Shown: one piece after another, positions 34,840 through 48,900 of the stretch | Layout: each line of letters opens with the position of its first letter | Numbering within the stretch: position 1 is the stretch's first letter | From: Pelomyxa schiedti | Lineage: Eukaryota > Protista > Evosea | Length of the DNA: 64,000 bases | Reading direction: 5' to 3' | Assembly: GCA_020536535.1 (NCBI GenBank) | Contig: JAHLWZ010000496.1 | Location: 62,001-126,000, forward strand | Position numbers and translations under genes: made by a program | Notes under the pieces: generated by a model | Told to the model about the DNA's origin: nothing | The model's input: only the letters and a program-made list of their open reading frames with translations | Databases searched by the model: none

Positions 34840-37200
34840 CAGAACTCACTACTTCCACCAGACAAAACTCTATCAATGCACAACGACGACTTCGTCGGCA
34901 TTTCGTAATTCCCTTCAATAATTTTGGGGGTCAAACCAACTCTACCCAAAAAACACAAGAAAATTCTGGATCTGGTCTGGATGGTGTCAAAATCGTGTCG
35001 AACCAGGGGGAGAAGGTAGTACAGAGCTGTCCGGACAGGTGCTGGAAAAAAAAAGTACAATTTTCCGGCACCCGAACCAGATTGTATCATTCTCCTATTT
35101 TGATTACAAAAAACTCTGCTCTTCAGTGACACAAGAATGAAACAACAGCTTTCAGCTGGGGATATGACCAATGAGCAGCTGCCCTGAGCACACCTTCAGT
35201 CAATTCGCGCACAATCTTCTCTTTCTGAGTTGAGACCATACATTTTATGCTACTCAACCCAATAGCTCCACCACCTCTAAGAGATGATGACATACAACAT
35301 GTGCTGTTCAAGAAGGACCTCAAACTCCACCTTCACCTGTGACAACCACAAAAACTTCAGTGCTAAAACCACCAAAAAAGGGTGGTACCACAGTTTTTTT
35401 TTTGTTTTAACTGTTTATAGCATATCTGGGGATTTCTCATTTCTCTTCTGAATTGCTGCTGACATTACAAGCTGCACTGCATCTCACTGACACAGACCTA
35501 CAGCTTGCAGGAAAGTCATCTGCAAATGCACGAAGGAAAGTCATCTCTGACTGGGCTGCAAAAACTGGAAACATGGAAACAAAAACAGCTGTGGCTTCTA
35601 TCAAAGAAAAGCAAGCACAAGCTGTTCCTCAGCAACAGCCACGCAAACACAGACCTTCAGCTTCACAAGTGGCACCCATTCCCAAGGAGACTGCCACAGC
35701 ACCTCAGCCAAAACGACCCCGAAAGCGTTAAAACCTTGGCTCCGGACCACATGTTAGTAACAGATTTCGCAGAATGGTACAATCTACAACGTTGTAAAAA
35801 AATCGAAATTGTCGCATCGTTGTAGATACACAATGTCATGGGGCTCAAACTAACTCCACCCAAAAAACACACAAAAATTCGAAATCTCCTCACCAGGGTC
35901 TCAGAATCAGGGCAAACCAGGTGGAGATGGTAGTACTCAGTTGGGGGCTGTGTTTCCCTCTGTTCCCAGTGCTTTTGTAGGCTGTGGTGTTGAGGAAAGC
36001 AAAAAACTGGCGGTAACCAGGTGGTGTCCGGACAGATTTGATCCAATTTTCCGGACACCACAACAGATTGGATCATTCACCTAAATTGATCGAAACAAAC
36101 GTGTCTGGTTGTGGGCAAATCGTGGTTAGTGGTGAGTGATCGATGACTGCAACAAACAAGAGAGGTGACCAAAGTCATTCTCAACAATCTGTGGTGCAAC
36201 AAACATTTTGACACACCGATGCCCCCTTCAAGGGCTTTGTCTGTTACAGATCAACCTATGGTTTACTCACAACTGTTGGGGCAACCTGCAGTCTCTACCA
36301 CTGTGGCAACTGCTTCAACATCACTTCTTTGCCCTCAAACCTTGGAACTGTCTGCACCACAACAAGAACCAAGTAAGGTCAAAGTACATGGTACCTCTTT
36401 AATTAATTACTCATAGTAATTCATAATTAAATATCCACTTGGAATCCACTTTTGCTCAAGCTAGTGGCCACTCCTCCTGCCACAATCTGTGCTTTCTTTA
36501 ACAACTGGAGTCCAACTTCAGTGTCTGTTTGGAAGCTTGAACTCAAGCTCTGGTACACACAGCAGAAAATAACTGAGGGAGGCTTCCTTGACAACTTTCG
36601 TCGGTACATGTGCTGGAGTCAACCTCACACAACACAGATTGTTGAGGGTATGTTGTTTAATAGATATGACCACCATTCTGGAAGAAGCAGTTGTAATGCC
36701 ACATCGTTTAACCATAGAAGATAAGCTTAAACACCAAGTGAATGTAGTGGAACCATTAAAAACAGCAGCAATGATAACCAACACTGATCTACACAAAACA
36801 AAAGCCTTCTGTTCCAATTATGAACCTCTTCTCCAACTGACTGAAGGTGTTTTACATGCTGCTTCTCATTGGATATACAATCAGCTGAAAGTGGCTGAAA
36901 AGAATCTGATCTTTCATTCCTGTGTAGCAGAGGAGCAGAGCTTATTCTGGGTTGTTGGACAAAATGTACAGTCAAGCTTCACCAGGAAAGTGACTTACAC
37001 AAACTGAAAACATTGAAACTACTGTGGCTCTTATCAAAAAAAGGCAAACCCAAGCTGTACCTCAGCCCCAACCACGTAAACACAAACCTTCATCCTCACA
37101 GGCAGCACCAATTCCAAAGGAGTCTGCCAAAACGACCCCGACAGAAAAACCATGAGAAGTCTGATTTAACAGATTTCGCAGAACGGTACAATCTGTTGTG
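34840..37200. repeat. Degenerate segmental duplication with direct and inverted copies; decayed unknown gene
   Basis: 34930-35105 resembles 35845-36090 (direct). 35560-35790 resembles 37000-37200 (direct). 35105-35205 is the reverse complement of about 36835-36955. Confidence 0.75.
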
Positions 37201-37289
37201 TGGTGTCAAAAAAACGGAAATTGGATGAGGTGGTGTCAAAAACGCGGAAATTGGATTTATTTGAGCCCAACAATGTCGAAACAGCACTC

Positions 37290-38504
37290 TCACGTTTTGT
37301 TCTTTGTTGCCACAAACTGGTAGAAAATTGTGAGAGTCTTGGGATAGCCAGGCTCTGGGTCTCCAATGCGAGAATGAATGCCCCCACTGACATGGATGGA
37401 ATTGTTGGTGACTAGGCCAGATATCTCAGCTGTTACACAGCGGTTTGGAACCATTGAACCGTATGTTGCATAGAGAATCTGATATTTACTTGGTGAGTTC
37501 CTTGTTTTTTTTTTCCACTTGTATTTAGAAGTATGTACATTGATAGTATAGCCTTCTTGTGCCACAATGTCTACAGCCTCCAATTCACGACATGTGAAAA
37601 CTTTCACAGCACCGTCATGGGGTAATGGCACCACCACATATCCAATGATAAGAAAGCCATCTGGATAAGTTGGTTGCCCCATTCGAGAGAACACTGTTCC
37701 GTCAATTGTAACTGAGTTGTTCTGTAACAGTCCTGAGAGCTCTGACGTGACATCATTGCTAAGAGCATGTGCACGTGTGATTTTCAATGCAAATCCCTCA
37801 GGGACAGATAGCGTCACTGGATCGCCACCTGCCCAGTCTATGCAGAATGTGGGCAGGAACCTGTAGATAATTTCCAGCCTCTCCGGAACACTTGTCTCAG
37901 TGTCAGAAACGCATTTGCGAATCCCTCCCTCCACATGTAAACCGGAATCGTCGACAAGCTTACATATAGCTTCAGTCACATCCCTGTCCCCATATGTAGC
38001 CCTCACAATCTGGCAGAACAATTTTTAAAAACAAACGAAATATTGTAAATGGCACATAATATTAGGCATAACAAAAAAAAAAAAAAAAAGGGTTGAATCC
38101 CAAAGGATACTACAAGACCCACACACGTGCAACCAGCGACGGTAGCCTGCAGCGAGGTGCACGGGCTGGGAGCCGTCGCACTCGAGGCGGGCCTCGTCGA
38201 CCATGGCGGCCATGTCGCCGCAGGGCGGGCTCGGGGGGCGCACCGGCGTGGTGCCGCTGGGGCTGGGGACCGTGGGGCAGGGGCAGGGGCAGGGATAGTA
38301 GTCCACCGCCACCCTCGGTTCGATTCTGGGTTCGGTCGGTGTTGGTGTCGGCTGTGGTGATGGTGCTGGGTCAGTGGTTGGTGATGGTGTTGTTGGTTGT
38401 TGTTCCTGCTCTGTTGGTTTTGGTTCTGGGCCTGGCCGTGGTGTGGTGGCTGTCGTAGTTGTAGGGGGTTGCTGTGACTTGGGAGAGGAGTGGCTCGACC
38501 CCAT
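37290..38504 (-). CDS. Predicted N-myristoylated protein with three tandem SUEL-lectin/DUF3395-like repeats
   Basis: MGSSHS N-terminus and Pro/Thr linker. Repeats: IVRATYGDRDVT..V, ITRAHALSNDVT..MGQP, ILYATYG..CVT..IGDPEPGYPKTLTIFY. Confidence 0.7.
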
Positions 38505-38829
38505 CCGTTGTTTCTATGGGCAGTTTTAAACCAAGGCTCGGTGTACCTTTATGAGAGAATCAACCAACCATCTTCGTGCTCTTTGCTTTGGGAAGGAGGG
38601 AGAAAAGGTTGAGGTAGAGGAGGTGCCTCTGCCCCAGATTCTGTGAGCCAGAAGATTTGCACTACGAGTCTCAATCTGTTCGCTGGCTGAAGGCTTCTCT
38701 CGGTGTTCATTGAAGCGATGCGGAAAAAAAGGGAATCAACAAAAAATTACGCCTCATTCGAGGATAAAAGAAAGGAAATTTTTTTTGTTCAGGAGTAATA
38801 AAAAAAAATAGAAAGCGACATAGTCACGA

Positions 38830-40464
<1,635 letters not shown>

Positions 40465-40549
40465 GAGACCGTTGTAAATTTTTTTTGGAACAAATAAAAG
40501 ATTATTATTAATTCGGCACATTCATGTTGTTTGCTTTGGTTTTGGAGGA

Positions 40550-41821
40550 ACAATTATCAAATGGAACCAATAGGAATATAAGCAGTGAAGGTGCTACCCC
40601 CAAGTGGAGTGCCCATGTCAGATGACAGTAGCCTTGTTCCGGCTACAATGGAATAGGCCTCCACAAACCTTAATAATGTGAATGATCAAGCCTTAGAAAA
40701 ATTCATCACACATTTGGGAGCCCTTTCCTTTGAGAAGGGTGAAAGATTGTGTATCAGGATCCCACCAAGGTAGAGAAACAACAGAATAGTCAATCTAGTA
40801 CCAAGTATTTAGTCTTTCGTACGAGGGAAGAATGGTACTGGGAAGGGGTCTTCTATTTGAATGAATACTCCTTGTAGGTAATCCCACCAAACAATACTCT
40901 CACACCCAACTTCTCCCGGGTAGAACCAGATAGTGAGGTTGAAAGTCTGTGCAGATTGTAGGCAACAGAAAGAAAAGGAAACACACACCAGGAGTCTTCC
41001 CGGGTAGCCGGGAACAATCAGAGGAAGTTCGTAGACCCAGTCACTGTATGGTGAATAGTTTCCCGGGTACTCCAAAATGGCACAGTTCACAAGGTCATAC
41101 ACATTTGTTAGGTATGTCATTTCGATCAGCTCATGGTTTGAAGAATCATATGCACGGTAGAGTGCGTTGCTGTGAAATTGGCTAAGCGGTATGTATGATA
41201 TTGAAGCAATTTACAAGTTCGTGTCACAGCAAGTGGCATCAATCAAATTTGTCATTTCACCGGTATTCTGGTCAAGCAACCAGATATAATTCTTCCACTG
41301 TGCTCTCCAGAAGACAGTCAGAACCAACTTGTGCCAGACACTATCACAACTCACAGTGAAATATTCCGGTGTTGTTTGTGTTGTGAAGTTTGCTCTAGTA
41401 CATGTTAGAGTGCATAAAGCAGAATCCAAGATTGTTACAGCTTTGTTGCTTCACCAGACGTCGCATTGACTTGCATAGTATAAAACCATATTGGAGATGT
41501 TTTATCATAAGCGAATATCCCATACGCCAGGCCAAGGTTCACATCTGCACAGCCACCCCAATAGTACAATCCTGGGCCATAATCATATCTTGAAAAAAGG
41601 TAACACGCAAAGTGAGAATAAGCACTATTACAAAAAAGCGGAATAACTTACATGATTTTGTAAACAGGAGGGTCGACGAAGTAATCCAACCAGATCACCT
41701 TCTGAGTGCTATTTATAGTTGCATCCATCAGCACCCTGCTGCCCCTCGTCGTCGCATTCGTGCTCCCAATCCACACCCCCACGAGCGCCGCGAAAACCGC
41801 TACCAACCCCCACCCCTTCAT
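40550..41821 (-). CDS. Secreted hypothetical protein, multi-exon (3' end approximate)
   Basis: MKGWGLVAVFAALVGVWIGSTNA signal peptide. Exon 1 splices to YDYGPGLYYWGGCADVNLGLAYG. Further aromatic-rich exons follow. Confidence 0.55.
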
Positions 41822-41921
41822 CCTTGAAACGGCGTTTAAGGAGAGAGATCTTGTGATTTGTCTGATTTGTTGTTGTTTTGGAGTTTCTCCCACCAATTTA
41901 GGGTAGGGTCGAATTTCGGGG

Positions 41922-43470
41922 TCAACTGGAGGATGTGGGTGTTGTTGCGGTTGTTGTTGGCGGTGGTTTTGGTGAATCTGCGCAGGTCGCATTTGGGCAT
42001 GGGAAACACAGTCCCAGCAGTTTGTTGGTAATAACTTCTGCGATGTGTTCCATATCCTCATGCTCATTTACGGGCGCCAGGCCACTGGCACAGTCATTGA
42101 TTTCTAGTATAACTGTGGTTTCATTAGGTAATTCCCTGGATGGATTGGAGTGTGTTTAGAATGGGCACACATACACTCTTTTCCATCTGGTGTTCTGATG
42201 GCGTCCACTGTAAGTATATCCATTCCACCGAATAGTTTTCCGCACTCCTCTGCCCACAGCCGGTATTGGTCCGTGACTGGAATTTCTTCTAATATTGAGG
42301 AGCCAACATTTCCTGGGCAAGGAATTAACTGGATGGATTAGAGGAATGTAAGAAAACCTTTCCAGTTGGGATTGATTCTCTTGTAGACACGCAAGTGGGT
42401 ACCGATTTTTTGTATTCTCAAATCATACAGACGACCTTCAATGAATGGTTCTGCAGTTACATAGTCTTTGTGGAGTTCTAGACAACCACGAAAATCTGTC
42501 AAGTCTAAAATAGAGGATTTAAAAGAAGATATATAAAAAAAAAGGAAGTATTACCTGACTGCGAAGTGAACTTCATTTTGCCATACCCTGCTTGTGCGTA
42601 TCCAACTTTGACTACCTGCATTACTGTTAACTTCGAGGGGCATAAGAGGTCTGTGGTACCAAGGGCAACTCGGGTGTAAACATCATTCCTATTAGGTATA
42701 TTAATAAAGGGCCTAGGAATGACAAACAAACCTACCGCGGGGATGGGAGTAGTACGACTGAGGTATGAGAGGAAATACTTTGGCACCTAATCTATCTCGT
42801 ATTTTGGCAAGTTCTGCATAAACAAGGGGCCGTTCAAGGGCTCGATAGACACTTTCCAACGAATTTACAGCCGGAATATTACTGTACATGAGACCTGGAA
42901 CAAATTATACAGTGGTGTTTGAGAATGTGCCTCACCAAAGAGGGCATTCGAGTAATCTTCATCATCACGCAGTCCACGAACGAGTTTCCTTACCAACACC
43001 ATGTCAGGGATGAATTGTGAACCACCACCTGTAGCGGATCGTATCTATTTGGAGAAAAGATTCCTAAAATTAGAGTGCATTTGCGGAACCAAGAAAGCTG
43101 AACCTTACATTAACAACTGGATTAGAGCCCGAGTCACAAGTTACTGTCATATTTTCCCACAGGCAAGTGACAATCAAATATCCTGGCGGTGGGAAAAAAA
43201 AAAAAAGTGCATGCATTAAGTATGGAATGTAATTAAAACTGAACATATAAACCCACTTCGGCCATCAGGCGTCCTCTTGTTTAGAAAAATTTCCTTCCAG
43301 TTGTGTTTGTCAGAATCAATCACCAGCAGGTTGAATGGCAACCTGTCATCCTCCTGACAATACCATCAATTTCTCACAAACAAAACTAAAGGGAAAAAAA
43401 GGCCAACAGGAGGAGTAGTTGGGGTCGATGTCGTGGCGGCAACGGCTTTACGACCAAACAACGAAAACAT
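41922..43470 (-). CDS. SYN: Synapsin homolog (ATP-grasp synapsin C domain)
   Basis: LLVIDSDKHNW, FIPDMVLVR, IPAVNSLESVY, FPLIPQSYY, VVKVGYAQAGYGKMK, YVTAEPFIE..YDLRIQKIG, NVGSSILEEI, LFGGMDILTVDAI. Confidence 0.9.
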
Positions 43471-43559
43471 CCAAGTTTCGAAAAGCGAAAAAAAAAAAAA
43501 AACCTCCCAGGTGATGTGATGAGGTTTGTGAGAATGTGGGTGACGTTGCGAAACCCATA

Positions 43560-45784
43560 ATGCGCCTCCCGTACCTTCGCATGGTGTGCGGTGTTCAGTC
43601 CAGGTGTTCAGCGTTTGTGGTGCTGGGTGTGCTCATGGTGGCGGTTGCCATTCTGGGAGGCGCGGAGTGCAGCTACACTGTGGATTGCCAGAGGGACATC
43701 AACCAAGGCCGATCTGGTGGGGGCGCCGGTGCCGTGTTCGACGTGATCGACACTATTTCTGTGAGGAGGGGCAACGAAATTTCTGTGAGTATTCAGGGAG
43801 ACCTCGTGCAGAACACTGCTTCCATGGCTTTGGTGTGGGCTCTTTTTTTGTTTTACATAAATATTCCAAGGTGTATAATTAGCACTTGGTTTATCTAACT
43901 TCCTTGATACTTTAGTACTCATATGATGATGGGGCAAAGCTGAGTCTGGTTGGAGTCAAGGCTACTAGATCGAGTTCAGGTGTTATTATCTCTGGAACTA
44001 TTCCTGTTTCGGCTCCAGTTGGATCCTATTATCCTGTTATAAATAGCGTATGGGGCTTTTCTACTGCTTAGGTATTCCCTTTAACGTCATCAAGGTGAAC
44101 ATCCAATGCAACTTCTTTGTTTCTTTCAATCCTTGGCATAGCAGTGATGATGCGTACTGTTCGTCTGATGCTTACAGAGCTGCTCACATGCAATCTACCA
44201 CTGGACTAGTTTTCCTTGACAGTGTCCGCATTGATTATGCTCTGACTTGGTCGTACGACCAGTTTGACTGGAGTATATTGAGATCTTTACAGCACTATCT
44301 GCCTTACCTCGATTCCAAGTCAAGAGCAAACCCTGCGCTTGTTGCAAGATTTTTGCACTCTCTTACTCAAGGGACCATTCTAATAGGCAGTTGGGATTCA
44401 TTTGTTGGAGGCATCAATCCACTGTGAGTACATCTTTGTTTTCTCCCTCTTACTCCATCAGATATTGGAGATCATCTACTGAGATTTTACAGCGACATGT
44501 TACATGGGGATTTGCACCAGTTCGATACGCTCAGTGCTGGGTATTTGCGGCAGTCCTCACCTCCCTTCTCCGTGGAATGGGTATTGTTACAAGACAAGTT
44601 ATGTGTCAGCCTTGCGCTCACAATGTTGCCGAGTCAGTTGCGTCATTCCTTTATTAAAACAAACCGCCAACTACCAGACTAACATATTATTACAGACTGT
44701 CACTGAAATGTTCTTTGATAGCCATGGAACCAACTGTTGTTGCAAAGATTTCTGGTGGAACTTCATAATTGGTGTGAATGTTGGCTCAGACGTAGAGATT
44801 GGTCTGGTGTACATTCCGCTTCCCAATTTCAAGCCATTGATGGAACGTTGTGTCCCCATCTCTAAATAGCGTCCTCTAAACAATACTGCCAGTTATGCAG
44901 TTGGCCCGGCTCCCCGCACAGCAATAGATGCTCAAACATATGGAAACTTTGACGTGCAATTCTTTCTGTCTGAAGTGAAGTCGTCTGTCACCTATTACCA
45001 CCCAAAGAGTGGCGTGCAGATGTATGAACTGGATCCAATCATAGAGGACAAAACACCCCGTGTATGGATAATGTCTGTAAGTCCACACCCCCATCCTTCT
45101 CTTTTTTTTTTTTAGAAATTACATACCCACACATACACACACAAAAAAAAAAAACAAAAGATAGGCAGCACTCCCACAAGTACAGCGTTTGAAATCACGG
45201 GCGATTATAGATCTGGCCGCTCAGTACTCAATTCGCCCTCTACGTTTGGCGTCAGCGTGGCACAGATAAAGACGACCTCCTCAAACACATTTGGCTACGA
45301 GATCACGGCCTCGCGCGACGTTTCATTGTCGGTCCTGGCTTCTGTTTCCCTTGGCGACCCAAATGTTCCCTGTCGCGAGTCCAACCTGGAATCGTGCGTT
45401 TGCCCGCCCCTTTCTCTTCACTTCCTTTCCTCCCCCCCTTAATTATGGGTTGGGGTGACCTGGCCCGACTCGACTCCAGAACTAATACACTATCGCACCA
45501 GGGACACATTCAAGGCCAAGTTTGACGCCGGGGAATCACGGGTGTACACGCTGAAGTTCGGGTCTGTGAGCCAGGACACGGCGTACTATGTGTACTACAG
45601 GGTGTTCCTTCGCGACACGGGCACGGAGCAGGCCGCGCTGTGGCAGAGGAAGGCGACGCCACTGTCGCTCGTGACCACGGCGCTGCGCGTGCGCACCGAG
45701 ATGGCGGAGTCCACGGACCAGGCGTTCCAGGACACCACCACGCCCCTGTGCAGCAGTTCCACCAGCTTCAACGGCAGAGTGTGA
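43560..45784 (+). CDS. Animal-type (papain-fold) transglutaminase with a signal peptide; apparent 1-nt frameshift at the catalytic His
   Basis: FNPW, WSYDQF, VRYAQCWVFAAVLTSLLRGMGI.TR, WWNF then (shifted frame) HNWCECW, QAIDGT|YAVGPAP, FDVQFFLSEV. Confidence 0.85.
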
Positions 45785-45967
45785 AAGGAATAAAGGAGTC
45801 TCATCTGTTATCCTGAGGTTCTTTTTTTATGACTAGAGTGAGAGCTCCACATCGCCCATGTGCAATCAATCACTTGGGCAACCTTGGCACTTGTGTCTAT
45901 GTTCGGAAAAACCTCCGGGAAGAGGCGGTTGGAAACCGAAGCGAAAAAACCAAGAAACTAAAACAAA

Positions 45968-48900
45968 ATGGCGGCCTTCACGACAACGAGTGCAGCGGCT
46001 ACCCCGACGCGTGTAGTTGTCGTACTTGGTCCTCCGGGATCTGGTAAAGGCACCCAATGTAAAAAACTACAGGCAAAATTGGGGTATTTTTCAATTTTCG
46101 TGCTCCCCGTTACACACCCGTTTTTTTTTTCCCCCTTGGCACTCATTGTGTGAAGTCTCGTTCACGTCTCGACTGGGGACATATTTCGTGACGCCGTGAT
46201 GAAAAATACCCCTCTGGGGCGAAAAGTTGCTCCATATGTCAACCGTTCCGACTTTGTACCAGACAACTTGGTGGTGGAGTTAATTCGGGACAGGATCGCC
46301 CGGCACGACTGCGTGACAAGAGGTGTGCTTTTGGACGGGTTTCCCAGAACCCTGCACCAGACCCAGGAACTGCTATCTCACGTCAATGTGGAGAGAGCCG
46401 TTGTCATCCAGGTCGACGACGATCAGTGCATAAAGAATATGCTGGGGAGAAAGATTGACGTGGAGACTGGTGATATTTACCACACCGAGTTCTTTCCGCC
46501 TCCGAATGCTATTCACGCATCGAGGCTTGTCCAGCGCCGCTATGATATCGACGAAGAGTCTGCGAGGCTAAGGCTGCGGGCGTTCCATGCTCAGTTGGGT
46601 TTGATTGTACCTTGCTTTGCTGGCAAGGTGCAGGCTATCAACGGGCAAAGAAAGATGGGCGTTGTTTTCAAAGATTTTCTCAAAATGCTGAATACACCTT
46701 TGTCACCTCTTTCAGAGCCGGCGGCGGCCCCTCCACGCACTTCGAGGAAAAAAAAGGCAAAGGCACCTCCTAAAGGAAAGTGTGCGGTATGTCTCACTGA
46801 AGACGCGGACTTCTTGGTGGTTCCATGTGGCCACCAGTGTGGATGCAAGGGATGCCTAACGGCAATAAATGAGAGCACCGCTCAGTGTCCGATATGCAGG
46901 TCACACATATCCGGGCTCATTCAAGTTTACAGCTGTGGAGTTATAGAAGAAGAACCCGAGGTATTCTTTCTCTCCAATTCTGACAGTCAGTAACAGTGAT
47001 TCCTCTTACAGGGTCTCAACATGGAAGATGTTGACATGTCGTTTAGACCTATCACAACCGCAACCGCAACAACAACTACAGCTTCTGCGGGGAATCGGCT
47101 TTCCGCTGACCAGGCAGCTGATGGGTGGGGGGACGAAGTTAGTGAAACGGCTCATGAAGAAGTTCTACCTGAAGACTTAGTCGAACTCCAAGTTTCACCT
47201 TGCATAACCCCTGTGCTAAATCAGCCAACGCCCGTGGCGGTTACAGTACGCATACCTGATCTTCTTACTAGAACACCTGTAGATATCTGCTGCTGTGTTG
47301 ATGTTAGTGGATCAATGGGGACTGAGGTAACATACCGTGATGATAATGGCAATGTTATACAAAACGATGGCCTCACTGTTCTGGATATCGTAAAACACAC
47401 AGTATCTACTGTAATCCACCTTTTGGGTGATGATGACCGTCTCGGCATCGTAGTTTTTGATGATAACGCCTCGACGGTACTTCCTCTCACTCAGTTGGAT
47501 GCTCCTGGACGTGCTAAAGCCATGGATGCAGCTTCAAAACTAGTTCCCTTAGAGAATACTAATATGTGGGCTGGCATGCTTGAAGGGATGGAGGTGTTAC
47601 GCACTCCTCCAGGAACAACTACTTCCACCTCTGCCAGGAAAAAGTTTCTTTTGGTTCTAACAGACGGACAACCAAATATTATTCCACCGAAAGGTCACAT
47701 ACCCGAACTGAGAGCCTATATGGAAAAGCATCCAGACTTCAAATTCCAGATAAATACCTTTGGTGTTGGCTACGAACTGGATAGCGAGCTACTTGTGAGT
47801 GTTGCATCTGAAGGAGGCGGCACTTTTGCTTTTATCCCCGATGCAAAACTGATAGGAACTTGTATTGTTAACTGTGTAGCTAATGCTGTAACTACCACAA
47901 CTCAACAAGCGTCATTGCATTTGATGCTGAAGGGTGGTGCCACCTTCGCAGGACCTGTTTTAGGAGGTACTTCTGTGAAAGAAGTGACGTGGGGACGTGT
48001 AGTTTCTGTTGGTGCACTGCATCTTGGCCAAGTTCTTGATGTTGTTGTACCTGTAACAATACCAGCAAAGAAAGGCGACTATCTTGAGGCTGTGCTAGTG
48101 TGGGCGAACTCCAAGGGAAAGGAAGTTCGTGTTAGCGCTGTAGGAAACAGCCGTAATATCACCGACCAGTCTGTCAATGCCAACACCCGCTGCAACGTTA
48201 TTGACAAGGTTTCTCAAATCATTAAAGCAGGCTGTGGCCGAACAGGGAAGAGTGACATGGAAAATCTTCGAATTGATACTGATGCTACGAGACAAAATCA
48301 TTCTTGCGATCTTCTCGAAGCCTTGTATGCGGATGTAAATGGAAGAATGAGCAAAGCTGTAAATCAGAAAGCCAGGTATGACAGATGGGGTCGGCACTAT
48401 TTGAGAGCACTTGTTCGCGCTCATCAGGTCCAAGTATGCACTAATATGCTTGATCCAGGACTCCAACTCTATGGGGGCAGCCTTTTCAAGCAAAATTCCG
48501 AAGCCGGTGGAAAAATATTTATCACTCTTCCCCCACCAGTCCATGGAGGCGCAACCCAAACCACAACACAGGCCACAACGAAGAAGAAGAGAAAGAACAA
48601 GAAGTCAAACACAACTGCCACAACTGCCACCTCAGCTTCCGCACCTCCTCCAAAGGCGCCAACTCCTCCACGTGAGCCCACTCCACCAGTCATGGAAACA
48701 TACTATGGTGGAGGTGGTGGTGGCTGTTTTGCTGGAGACTGCACTGTACATGTACATAATGTTGGCGAAACTCGCATTGATCAACTGCGGAAGGGAGATA
48801 TCGTTCTCACAAGCGGATCCAAACTGGCTACAGTTATTTGTATTATATCACTCAAACGCACCGGGCCTCTTGTTATGTTCCCCGGTGGTCTTAAGATTAC

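Noticed and set aside
38646-38690. Imperfect hairpin (GCCAG...CTGGC) upstream of NifS, considered as an IRE-like or small ncRNA
   Set aside because: No CAGUGN loop and no snRNA, snoRNA or tRNA motifs. A hairpin of this strength can arise by chance.
41560-41600. Possible in-frame TGA (selenocysteine) in the secreted protein
   Set aside because: Correct splicing (AT|A TAT GAT) gives an open frame with no stop.
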